This document shows, one piece after another, positions 1-10,734 of a DNA stretch of 64,000 nt (position 1 is its first letter; every line of letters starts with the position of its first letter). The notes below the pieces were generated by a model, which saw only the letters and a program-made list of their open reading frames with translations, was not told the origin of the DNA and did no database searches. Origin of the DNA: Endomicrobiales bacterium (lineage in GTDB: Bacteria; Elusimicrobiota; Endomicrobiia; Endomicrobiales; CAWCFT01). Where the stretch lies: positions 1 to 64,000 of the forward strand of contig CAWCFT010000014.1 in assembly GCA_963794945.1 (NCBI GenBank), given 5' to 3'. The translations under genes and the position numbers were made by a program.

Positions 1-412
1 AGCAACTGATCCCTTGTTAACAATGTACTTCATAAGGTTCTGTATCGTTTCAAACGTGAATATATATGAATTTCCTTTGTGAACTATGCTGATTATTGGC
101 CAGGCGCCTTCAATATGGCCTGATACCATATGTCCGCCAACCTTGGAATTCGGCCCTAAGTGCCCTTTCCAAATTGACCAAGTTCCCGGGTTTGAGCTTA
201 CCTAGAGATGTGTGGCTGGCAGTTTCCGGTGTATAGTCGAATGTTACAGTGGTCATTTTGCCACTAGGGGTTACAGTTGTTACGGTAAGATTCAAACACC
301 ATTAACCGATATGCTGTCGCCATTGGCTATTTGACGACCAATGTACGCACCTCAAGTTTATCGTGGTTTACTGCTACAATTGTTCCTAAATCTTCAATAA
401 TACCGGTAAACG

Positions 413-413
<1 letters not shown>
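1..413 (-). pseudogene. ribE: Mirror copy of the ribE 5' part (error-ridden, cut by window edge)
   Basis: ORF 110..295 ([31 protein letters not shown]) matches 6674..7306, with indels. Confidence 0.85.
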
Positions 414-1502
<1,089 letters not shown>

Positions 1503-1570
1503 AAAAAAATACCCCAAAAAACGTCTTCGGGGTAATAATTGTAGGCCAAATGAAAAACCATCGCCTATGA

Positions 1571-1711
1571 TTCTTCTTTTATCCGGACTTTAACCGTCGG
1601 CACCTGCATTTCACAGGTTCAGTCCCGCTTACGCAGGAGTCGCAGGCTGGCGGTATCGAAATTACCAATACCGGTTACTGCCGATAGGGATTTTCACCCT
1701 TCCCCGAAGAA
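1571..1711 (-). promoter_or_regulatory. Mirror copy of the FMN riboswitch
   Basis: Reverse complement of 5377..5517. Confidence 0.88.
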
Positions 1712-1748
1712 TATGATTCATTTAAACAAAATATACTTATATTGTCAA

Positions 1749-2638
1749 CTATTTGTCGCTATTAGGAAGAGGATAACGATGCTGAAGGGCTATAATCAAC
1801 GACGCGTGGGTCGAAAATATTTGCAGCGAATCCAGGTCGTGCTGAGTGAATTTGGGTAATTTTGAATCGCCGAGTCTGTACAGTATCAATGCTCCCAGTA
1901 AATTATCGTGTTTCTCGAACGGTACCAGCACGGCAGAAACAGCGTTCGGGCGAGAATTCCTGAATACTAAGGCTTTCATTGCTTGATTCGGCCATTAAAA
2001 CCGGCTCGTGCTTTGAACTGAAGAGCCTCAAAATGAACTCTGCCAGCCTGGCACCCTTAATTTCATTTAATTCGTATCCATTAGAGGACACAAGTTTAAT
2101 TGTGTTTATGGCCATGTCGTAAGAAAATACCGAGCCGGCTTCGGAGTCCAATAGTTTCGAAGAGCGCTCGAGTATCAATTTAAGCAATTCGTCGTGAGAG
2201 TGGTTCTTGTCGAGTTCTGTGCGAGAGCTGGTAAAGCGAAGTGGTTTCGGAAAAAATATTTTCCTTGCGCCTCAGGTTGGTGTATTCGAGAGATCTCTTC
2301 ACCGCGGCTGTAAGTTCTGTCAGGTTGAAAGGTTTAAGGATATAATCGAACGCACCGTTCATAAGCGATTCTATGGCGGCTTCGATCGTGGCCTCGGCGG
2401 TTATTATGACAACTTCTGTGAAAGGGTACGATTTCTTTATTTTCTTAAGTAGTTCGTTGCCGTCGTACTGCGGCATGCGCAGGTCGACTAAAGCCAGTTC
2501 TATAGGCTCTTTCTCCAATATCTTTAACGCGTCTTCGCCGTTGAACGCGGTAAAAACGCCGTATCCTCTTTTTCCTAAGCGTCCTCTGACAAATATCGAG
2601 TATCCCGGCCTCATCGTCAACTGCCAGATCTTTTCCAT
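1749..2638 (-). pseudogene. Mirror copy of the response regulator/GAF gene, frameshifted
   Basis: Fragments 2180..2638, 1903..2187 and 1749..1979 match 4452..5339. Confidence 0.88.
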
Positions 2639-2693
2639 TTTCCCTCTTAGTTGCTTTAATGTATACTAAGTCTATCAGATACGGGTATTAGTT

Positions 2694-3563
2694 TCAACCT
2701 TTATTCCCCGGTCTGGTTTTCCCACGTTTATGCATCCAGAACCAGTGGTCGGGATAGAGCCTTACGTACTTTTCCAGTATCTTTGTATAGGCGGCCGTAT
2801 AGTGCCTTATGTTTTCCTGTTCGTCGCCGGTGTCGTCGGGTTTTGGGACTACATCGAAAACGGCACGGAAAGTTCTGCCTTGCCTGATAATATGCCCCAT
2901 GATCAGCGGGCAATCAAACCTTAACGCAAAAACCGCTGCCCCCTTCGGAGTTGAAGCCTGTCTTCCGAAGAAGTCGACAAAAACTCCGTCTTCGTGTGCG
3001 TCCTCGTCGGAAATTAGGGCCACGAACCCGTTTGCCTTGAGTGTTTTAGCAACACCTCGCAAAGAAAGTTTTAACGGAACTATGCTGACACCCATTTTAA
3101 GCCTGTAGGAATTAAAAGGTTGTCGACAAGAGTGTTTTTTTGTTGGCCGACCACAAGCGTAAGCGGATAATGAAGCGCGATACCTACTGGCATAAGCTCC
3201 CAGTTGCAAAAATGCGAGCCTACCAGTATAGCACCTTTACCGTTCTTGAAAGGTGCTTCTAGAATATTAAGATTTTCGAACTTAACCAGCCGTTCAAGCT
3301 CTCGCCGTCTTATCTTAGGAAAAAATAATAGTTCGACCATTGATTGGGCGAACTGTGTGTATACGCCGTGCGCGATCTTCTTAATTTCAGAAGGAGTCTT
3401 AGAACCAGCAAAAGCGGCGGTAAGGTTCGATAGCACGACTTTTTTTCTTATGGGAACAAATAGTAAACGAGGTCGGCAAGGCGCATCGAGAAAAACCTGG
3501 CAACAGTAAGCGGAAAAATCCTCACTATAGCGGCGAAAACCGTCAATGACGCGTATTCGATGA
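2694..3563 (-). pseudogene. Mirror copy of the lipid A acyltransferase gene, frameshifted; the loop carries extra N-terminal codons
   Basis: Fragments 3080..3436 and 2694..3209. The loop reads IEYASLTVFAA-IVR on the minus strand. Confidence 0.8.
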
Positions 3564-4396
3564 TATAGTGAGGATTTTCCGCTTACTGTTGCCAGGTTTT
3601 TCTCGATGCGCCTTGCCGACCTCGTTTACTATTTTGTTCCCATAAGAAAAAAAGTCGTGCTATCAAACCTTACCGCCGCTTTTGCTGGTTCTAAGACTCC
3701 TTCTGAAATTAAGAAGATCGCGCACGGCGTATACACACAGTTCGCCCAATCAATGGTCGAGCTATTATTTTTTCCTAAGATAGGACGGCGAGAGCTTGAA
3801 CGGCTGGTTAAGTTCGAAAATCTTAATATTCTAGAAGCACCTTTCAAGAACGGTAAGGGTGCTATACTGGTAGGCTCGCATTTTTGCAACTGGGAGCTAT
3901 GGCAGCAGGTATCGCGCTTCATTATCCGCTTACGCTTGTGGTCGGCCAACAAAAAAACACTCTTGTCGACAACCTTTTGAATTCCTACAGGCTTAAAATG
4001 GGTGTCAGCATAGTTCCGTTAAAACTTTCTTTGCGAGGTGTTGCTAAAACACTCAAGGCAAATGGTTCGTGGCCCTAATTTCCGACCAGGACGCACACGA
4101 AGACGGAGTTTTGTCGACTTCTTCGGAAGACAGGCTTAACTCCGAAGGGGGCAGCGGTTTTTGCGTTAAGGTTTGATTGCCCGCTGATCATGGGGCATAT
4201 TATCAGGCAAGGCAGAACTTTCCGTGCCGTTTTCGATGTAGTCCCAAAACCCGACGACACCGGCGACGAACAGGAAAACATAAGGCTCTATACGGCCGCC
4301 TATACAAAGATACTGGAAAAGTACGTAAGGCTCTATCCCGACCACTGGTTCTGGATGCATAAACGCTGGAAAACCAGACCGGGAAATAAAGGTTGA
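3564..4396 (+). CDS. Lipid A lauroyl/palmitoleoyl acyltransferase family (LpxL/HtrB-like); 5'-truncated at the foldback and split by indels
   Basis: GAILVGSHFCNWEL (HxxNWE motif), VDFFG..A.TP.G, and C-terminal P.HWFWMHKRWK. Confidence 0.85.
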
Positions 4397-4451
4397 AACT
4401 AATACCCGTATCTGATAGACTTAGTATACATTAAAGCAACTAAGAGGGAAA

Positions 4452-5339
4452 ATGGAAAATATTCTTGTAGTTGACGATGAGGCCGGGATACTCGATATTT
4501 GTCAGAGGACGCTTAGGAAAAGAGGATACGGCGTTTTTACCGCGTTCAACGGCGAAGACGCGTTAAAGATATTGGAGAAAGAGCCTATAGAACTGGCTTT
4601 AGTCGACCTGCGCATGCCGCAGTACGACGGCAACGAACTACTTAAGAAAATAAAGAAATCGTACCCTTTCACAGAAGTTGTCATAATAACCGCCGAGGCC
4701 ACGATCGAAGCCGCCATAGAATCGCTTATGAACGGTGCGTTCGATTATATCCTTAAACCTTTCAACCTGACAGAACTTACAGCCGCGGTGAAGAGATCTC
4801 TCGAATACACCAACCTGAGGCGCAAGGAAAATATTTTTTCCGAAACCACTTCGCTTTACCAGCTCTCGCACGAACTCGACAAGAACCACTCTCACGACGA
4901 ATTGCTTAAATTGATACTCGAGCGCTCTTCGAAACTATTGGACTCCGAAGCCGGCTCGGTATTTTCTTACGACATGGCGGCAAACACAATTAAACTTGTG
5001 TCCTCTAATGGATACGAATTAAATGAAATTAAGGGTGCCAGGCTGGCAGAGTTCATTTTGAGGCTCTTCAGTTCAAAGCACGAGCCGGTTTTAATGGCCG
5101 AATCAAGCAATGAAAGCCTTAGTATTCAGGAATTCTGCCCGAACGCTGTTTCTGCCGTGCTGGTACCGTTCGAGAAACACGATAATTTACTGGGAGCATT
5201 GATACTGTACAGACTCGGCGATTCAAAATTACCCAAATTCACTCAGCACGACCTGGATTCGCTGCAAATATTTTCGACCCACGCGTCGTTGATTATAGCC
5301 CTTCAGCATCGTTATCCTCTTCCTAATAGCGACAAATAG
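4452..5339 (+). CDS. Response regulator (REC domain + GAF-like domain)
   Basis: ILVVDDE, LVDLRMP, GAFDYILKPF. GAF-like C-terminus AVLVPF...LGALIL...FTQHDLDSL...ASL. Confidence 0.9.
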   Translation: MENILVVDDEAGILDICQRTLRKRGYGVFTAFNGEDALKILEKEPIELALVDLRMPQYDGNELLKKIKKSYPFTEVVIITAEATIEAAIESLMNGAFDYILKPFNLTELTAAVKRSLEYTNLRRKENIFSETTSLYQLSHELDKNHSHDELLKLILERSSKLLDSEAGSVFSYDMAANTIKLVSSNGYELNEIKGARLAEFILRLFSSKHEPVLMAESSNESLSIQEFCPNAVSAVLVPFEKHDNLLGALILYRLGDSKLPKFTQHDLDSLQIFSTHASLIIALQHRYPLPNSDK

Positions 5340-5368
5340 TTGACAATATAAGTATATTTTGTTTAAAT
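5340..5368 (+). promoter_or_regulatory. Putative sigma70 promoter of the rib operon
   Basis: TTGACA (5340-5345), 17 nt, then TTAAAT, just upstream of the riboswitch. Confidence 0.55.
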
Positions 5369-5376
5369 GAATCATA

Positions 5377-5517
5377 TTCTTCGGGGAAGGGTGAAAATCC
5401 CTATCGGCAGTAACCGGTATTGGTAATTTCGATACCGCCAGCCTGCGACTCCTGCGTAAGCGGGACTGAACCTGTGAAATGCAGGTGCCGACGGTTAAAG
5501 TCCGGATAAAAGAAGAA
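5377..5517 (+). promoter_or_regulatory. FMN riboswitch (RFN element) aptamer
   Basis: TCTTCGGGG.AGGGTGAAA.TCCC.A.CGGC.GT...GTGAAAT...CCGACGGT.A.AGTCCGGAT.A.AGAAGA matches the RFN consensus and lies directly upstream of ribD. Confidence 0.93.
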
Positions 5518-5553
5518 TCATAGGCGATGGTTTTTCATTTGGCCTACAATTAT

Positions 5554-5585
5554 TACCCCGAAGACGTTTTTTGGGGTATTTTTTT
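5554..5585 (+). terminator. Intrinsic terminator (riboswitch expression platform)
   Basis: TACCCCGAAGA-CGTT-TTTTGGGGTA hairpin followed by a T-run. Its 5' strand CCCCGAAGA is complementary to TCTTCGGGG at the aptamer 5' end. Confidence 0.8.
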
Positions 5586-6674
5586 ATGTCTAAATTCACA
5601 GTTTCCGATAAATTATTCATGACCAAGGCGTTTGAACTTGCCTCGAGAGGCAAGAATCGGGTTTTTCCTAACCCGATGGTAGGCGCTGTCATCGTCAAGA
5701 ATGGTAAAGTTATCGGGAAAGGCTACCATAAACAGTTCGGCGGCCCGCACGCTGAGATATACGCTATCAAACAGGCTGGCCTTAATGCCAGGGGAGCAAC
5801 ATTATATGTTACTTTAGAACCCTGCACACACTGGGGCAAAACGCCTCCCTGTGTCGATATGATAATTAAGTCCGGTATCACATGTGTTGTTGCGGCTTGC
5901 ATGGACCCCAACCCTAAGGCATCGGGTAAAGGGTTTAAAAAACTCATGGCTAATGGCATAAAAGTTAAAATCAACTTGCTCAAAACACAAGCTAAGCTGC
6001 AAAATTCTTTGTATTTCAGCAGGTTTTCTGTAAAGAAGCCGGTTGTTACAGTTAAAGCGGCCATGTCTTTGGATGGAAAGATCAACACGCGAACCGGCGA
6101 TTCAAAGTGGATATCAAGCGTAGCCTCAAGAAAGCAGGCTCATCTTATGCGAAGCAGGCATGATGCCATATTAGTTGGGATAAATACGGTAATACAGGAC
6201 AATCCAAGTCTTACGAGCCACGGACTAGGAAAAAACCCTGTCAGGGTTGTCATTGACCCGCATCTGAAGATCCCTCTTTCCAGCCATATTCTTAATAACG
6301 AAGCCCCGACAGTTATATTTACAACTAGAATACTTAAAGTAAAAGTTGCAGTATTAAGGAAACGTGGTATAATAGTCAATCAATATCAAAAAGGAAACAA
6401 AATTGATTTCAAATACATTATTAAAGAACTTAACATAATGTCGATTTATAGCCTACTTATTGAGGGTGGCGGGGAGACGATAGGGTCCGCTATTGAAGAC
6501 GGAATAGTAGACGAGATAGCCTTCTTTTTATGCCCTAAGATCATCGGAGGCCGTGATGCAATTACCCCGGTTGAGGGGCTGGGAGCAGCATACGTAGCCA
6601 GGGCAAAGCATGTCCGTGATATGAAAATATTGAACCTGGGCCACGACATTCTAATAACAGGGAAAATCAGCTAA
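5586..6674 (+). CDS. ribD: Riboflavin deaminase/reductase RibD
   Basis: [39 protein letters not shown] at 5586 is preferred over the TTG at 5571. Confidence 0.96.
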   Translation: MSKFTVSDKLFMTKAFELASRGKNRVFPNPMVGAVIVKNGKVIGKGYHKQFGGPHAEIYAIKQAGLNARGATLYVTLEPCTHWGKTPPCVDMIIKSGITCVVAACMDPNPKASGKGFKKLMANGIKVKINLLKTQAKLQNSLYFSRFSVKKPVVTVKAAMSLDGKINTRTGDSKWISSVASRKQAHLMRSRHDAILVGINTVIQDNPSLTSHGLGKNPVRVVIDPHLKIPLSSHILNNEAPTVIFTTRILKVKVAVLRKRGIIVNQYQKGNKIDFKYIIKELNIMSIYSLLIEGGGETIGSAIEDGIVDEIAFFLCPKIIGGRDAITPVEGLGAAYVARAKHVRDMKILNLGHDILITGKIS

Positions 6675-7306
6675 TGTTTACCGGTATTATTGAAGATTTA
6701 GGAACAATTGTAGCAGTAAACCACGATAAACTTGAGGTGCGTACATTGCTTGGTCAAATAGCCAATGGCGACAGCATATCGGTTAATGGTGTCTGTCTTA
6801 CCGTAACAACTGTAACCCCTAGTGGCAAAATGACCACTGTAACATTCGACTATACACCGGAAACTGCCAGCCACACATCTCTAGGTAAGCTCAAACCCGG
6901 GAACTTGGTCAATTTGGAAAGGGCACTTAGGGCCGATTCAAGGCTTGGCGGACATATGGTATCAGGCCATATTGAAGGCGCCTGGCCAATAATCAGCATA
7001 GTTCACAAAGGAAATTCATATATATTCACGTTTGAAACGATACAGAACCTTATGAAGTACATTGTTAACAAGGGATCAGTTGCTATTGAAGGAATAAGCC
7101 TTACAGTTGCTGACCGGTCAGATAACAATTTTTCCGTTTCTGTAATACCTTATACGTACAGCAATACCAGCCTTAAATTCAAGAAAACAGGAGATCTCGT
7201 GAACATAGAAACTGATGTAATCGCCAAATATATTGAAAATATAAGCATACATAACACTAAAAACAAACTTTCGCTTAAATTTCTTAGCGAAAATGGATTT
7301 AAATAA
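6674..7306 (+). CDS. ribE: Riboflavin synthase alpha chain
   Basis: N-terminal [34 protein letters not shown]. Confidence 0.96.
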   Translation: MFTGIIEDLGTIVAVNHDKLEVRTLLGQIANGDSISVNGVCLTVTTVTPSGKMTTVTFDYTPETASHTSLGKLKPGNLVNLERALRADSRLGGHMVSGHIEGAWPIISIVHKGNSYIFTFETIQNLMKYIVNKGSVAIEGISLTVADRSDNNFSVSVIPYTYSNTSLKFKKTGDLVNIETDVIAKYIENISIHNTKNKLSLKFLSENGFK

Positions 7307-7337
7307 CTTCAGCCGGCTTATAAAGGAGCGTATATAT

Positions 7338-8549
7338 ATGTATAGTTCGAAATTTTCAACTATCAAGGAAGCGTTAGCAAACATTAAAAAGGGAAAAATG
7401 GTCATCGTTGTTGATGACCCCGGCAGGGAAAATGAGGGCGATCTCGTTTGTGCGGCCGAAAAAGTCACGCCAGAGATAATAAATTTCATGGCTAAGTACG
7501 GCCGCGGCCTGATATGCCTGCCTGTTATAGGCTCGCGATTGGATGAGCTCAAGATAGGGCCTATGGTAGCTAACCCAAATGAAGTAAGGGAAGCAGCTTT
7601 TACCGTTTCCATAGATGCAAAACACGGTACAACAACCGGTATATCTGCTCATGACAGGGCCAAGACCATTAAAACTTTGATAAGTCCCAAAACTAAACCC
7701 GAAGACTTTGCCAAGCCGGGACACATCTTCCCATTGCGGTACAGAAATGGGGGTGTTCTAGTCCGATCAGGACACACGGAAGCTTCGGTTGACCTCGCTG
7801 TAATGGCCGGCCTATATCCCGCCGGTGTGATATGCGAGATAATGCATGAAGACGGTTCGATGTCAAGGATGCCGGAACTCATCCGTTTCTCCAAAAAATA
7901 CAATATCAAGATACTCACTATAAGGGACCTTATCGAATACAGGCGTAAGCATGAAAAACTGGTTAAAAAGCTTGTCACGGTAGACCTCCCTACAAAATTC
8001 GGCGAATTCACTCTTTCGCTTTACGAAGACGTGCTGGCCTGCGAACACCATGTCGCTTTAATAAAAGGCAGTGTCGAAGGTAAAAAGAATGTGCTGGTCC
8101 GGGTGCATTCATCATGTGTCACGGGCGACATTTTCCACTCTCTGCGCTGCGACTGCGGTGAACAGTTAGAGGCCTCGCTAAAAGCCATTGAACGGGAAGG
8201 AGAAGGCGTTGTGCTCTACATGCACCAGGAAGGCAGGGGTATCGGTCTTGCGAACAAGCTCCAGGCGTACCATCTCCAGCAAAAAAAAGGGCTGGATACT
8301 GTTGAAGCCAACATAGCCCTGGGCTATCCGGCTGACCTCAGAGATTACGGCATCGGCGCGCAGATACTCTGTGACCTGGGCCTGACGTCAATACGTCTTA
8401 TGACCAACAACCCGCGAAAGATCATAGGCCTTGAAGGCTACGGCCTTAAAGTCACTTGCCGAGTCCCGATAGAGATTAAGCCAAATGTATCCAGCCGCAA
8501 ATACCTAACGACAAAAAAGTTAAAAATGGGACATTTACTTAGCATGTAG
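7338..8549 (+). CDS. ribBA: Bifunctional DHBP synthase/GTP cyclohydrolase II
   Basis: DDPGRENEGD, TTGISAHDR, RVHSSCVTGD, RCDCGEQL, QEGRGIGL, TNNPRK. AAGGAG RBS before the ATG at 7338. Confidence 0.96.
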   Translation: MYSSKFSTIKEALANIKKGKMVIVVDDPGRENEGDLVCAAEKVTPEIINFMAKYGRGLICLPVIGSRLDELKIGPMVANPNEVREAAFTVSIDAKHGTTTGISAHDRAKTIKTLISPKTKPEDFAKPGHIFPLRYRNGGVLVRSGHTEASVDLAVMAGLYPAGVICEIMHEDGSMSRMPELIRFSKKYNIKILTIRDLIEYRRKHEKLVKKLVTVDLPTKFGEFTLSLYEDVLACEHHVALIKGSVEGKKNVLVRVHSSCVTGDIFHSLRCDCGEQLEASLKAIEREGEGVVLYMHQEGRGIGLANKLQAYHLQQKKGLDTVEANIALGYPADLRDYGIGAQILCDLGLTSIRLMTNNPRKIIGLEGYGLKVTCRVPIEIKPNVSSRKYLTTKKLKMGHLLSM

Positions 8550-8587
8550 AATACCGTTAAATATATCTAGTAAAAAGGAGGAATTTT

Positions 8588-9056
8588 ATGGCAAAGGTTA
8601 TTGAAGGAAATCTCAGCGCGGCAGGACTTAAGTTCGGGATTGTGGCTTCGAGGTTCAATGAGTTCATCACAAGCAAGCTTGTAGACGGAGCAATGGACGC
8701 GTTAAAACGCCACGGCGCTAATATGGCCAAAGTGGATGTGGCCTGGGTGCCGGGAGCGTTCGAGATACCGCAGGTTTGCCAAAAAATGGCGAAAAGCAAT
8801 AAGTACGACGCCGTCATATGTCTTGGATGCGTAATTAAAGGCGATACGCCACATTTCGACTACATCGCCGCAGAGGTTTCAAAAGGAGATGGCAGCCGTA
8901 GGATTGCAGAGCGGCATACCTGTGATCTTCGGAGTACTGACAACGGATTCTATAGAGCAGGCGGTAGAACGCGCGGGAACAAAAGCAGGCAACAAAGGTT
9001 TTGAAGCGGCTTCCAGCGCAATAGAAATGGCCGACCTTTTTAAGAACCTTAAGTAA
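8588..9056 (+). CDS. ribH: 6,7-dimethyl-8-ribityllumazine synthase (indel near 8889)
   Basis: [24 protein letters not shown]. The shifted frame continues [28 protein letters not shown] to a stop at 9056. Confidence 0.93.
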
Positions 9057-9072
9057 TATTTTAAAGGAATCC

Positions 9073-10581
9073 ATGCTTCTCGAACTACACGCTCACACGA
9101 ACCGTCATTCGAAATGCAGTCAACTGGACCCTGTAAAGCTGGTCAAAAAAACAGCCGGCAAGGGACTTCAGGGGCTTGTAATAACTGAACATCACTACCT
9201 CTGGAGCGACGAAGAACTCGACCAATTGAGGATAGATGCCGGCATCGAGAAATGGTTCGTCCTTCTTTCGGGACAGGAAGTCGAGACGGATATAGGCCAC
9301 GTTCTGGTCTTTGGCGCTGGCCGCACTATTGGGGAAAAGAATACCCTCAAGGATCTAAGGAAACTTTTTCCTGAAGCGGCGCTTGTCTGGGCTCATCCGT
9401 TCAGAAAAGGCGCGTCGCCCTCCAAAGATTTGCTATCCTCACCCCTTCTCAATGGTATTGAGATATTTTCTCTTAACCACTCGACAAAAGAAAATTACGC
9501 GGGTTTGAAAAGCTGGCACGCTCTGAAGTTCACTGCCTTGTCCGGCAGCGACGCACATTCCGAAGAGAACGCCGGCGTAATACCTTCGCAGTTCGACCAC
9601 AGTGTAAAGACTATCGATGAAGTGGCGACCGAGATAAGGAACGGGCGCGTGCGGCCGTTCTTCAAAGAAATACCTAAATCCGGCAGCGACCTGACGGTCA
9701 CGGAAATAACGCTGGGAACAAAGGGTGAGGACGAACAGAGGCAGAGGATAATAGTTAAGACTATTATAGACGAAAAAAAGTGGATAAAAACAAAAGAATC
9801 AGCCGAGTTCCTTAAGAAAATATATGATAATGGGTTTAACGACCTTGTTTACCGTGTACCGCGTATAATAGACATTAATGACAAAGAGACGACGCTTATT
9901 GAAGAAGGCCAGCGGGGGAAGAACCTGTTCGATTCCCTGCTTGCAGTGAGCCCAACGGTCGGCCGGACATACTTCGTTCTTGCCGCTAAATGGCTCTCAA
10001 GGTTCCACGCGCTCAATCTGCAACCGCTGCCGGCCTCAAACGTACAATCCCGCGAGAAAAGAAAATTTACCGCTTACGCCAACAGCTTCAAGAACACCGA
10101 AAACTCAAAGCTCGATGAAGCTCTCAAACTGTTAGAATTCGCCGAAAAATATGAAAATGACATCTTCAGCACAGTCACGGCATCATTCGTCTGGAACCAC
10201 GGAGATTACCATCCCAAAAATATCATCATAGGCCATGATAGAACGAATGACCCGGGAACGCTCTTTGTGTCAGTAATAGACTTCGCAAATTCAATCTCGT
10301 TCCTGCCGACGTTCGATATTGGATGTTTTCTCGCACAGTTCGCCAGCCAGTTCCACAACTACCCGGACGTTCTAATGAACTTTGACGAGGGGACTTTCCT
10401 TGAAGCGTATTTTGGCGATTTAAAACAGGCGCCTGCCGGCTTCATGGAACAAATCAATTTTTTCAAAATACGTGCTAACCTCAGCATAGCAAGCTACCTT
10501 ATACGTATTGGTAAGGGCGAAAGCTCTGGGTTCCACGACCTCATCTCAAGATCAACTTCTCTAATGCAGGAACTTAAATAA
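9073..10581 (+). CDS. PHP-domain phosphoesterase fused to an APH/choline-kinase-like phosphotransferase
   Basis: PHP motifs LHAHT, ITEHH, AHP and GSDAH. Kinase motifs HGDYHPKNII and IDF. Confidence 0.82.
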   Translation: MLLELHAHTNRHSKCSQLDPVKLVKKTAGKGLQGLVITEHHYLWSDEELDQLRIDAGIEKWFVLLSGQEVETDIGHVLVFGAGRTIGEKNTLKDLRKLFPEAALVWAHPFRKGASPSKDLLSSPLLNGIEIFSLNHSTKENYAGLKSWHALKFTALSGSDAHSEENAGVIPSQFDHSVKTIDEVATEIRNGRVRPFFKEIPKSGSDLTVTEITLGTKGEDEQRQRIIVKTIIDEKKWIKTKESAEFLKKIYDNGFNDLVYRVPRIIDINDKETTLIEEGQRGKNLFDSLLAVSPTVGRTYFVLAAKWLSRFHALNLQPLPASNVQSREKRKFTAYANSFKNTENSKLDEALKLLEFAEKYENDIFSTVTASFVWNHGDYHPKNIIIGHDRTNDPGTLFVSVIDFANSISFLPTFDIGCFLAQFASQFHNYPDVLMNFDEGTFLEAYFGDLKQAPAGFMEQINFFKIRANLSIASYLIRIGKGESSGFHDLISRSTSLMQELK

Positions 10582-10643
10582 TACCCTGCCACTTTCTATC
10601 CATATACTTTACAACAAGCACCAGCTTATGACACTTAAAAAGC

Positions 10644-10671
10644 TTGCATATTCCGCTTTAATTGATATAAT
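10644..10671 (+). promoter_or_regulatory. Putative sigma70 promoter
   Basis: TTGCAT, 16 nt, TATAAT, with a TGn extended -10. Confidence 0.55.
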
Positions 10672-10734
10672 ACATATGTAGCGGCCCGGGGCGGCTGCCT
10701 GACTAGATCGTACAATTGTCAGTGAGGGTTTGAG

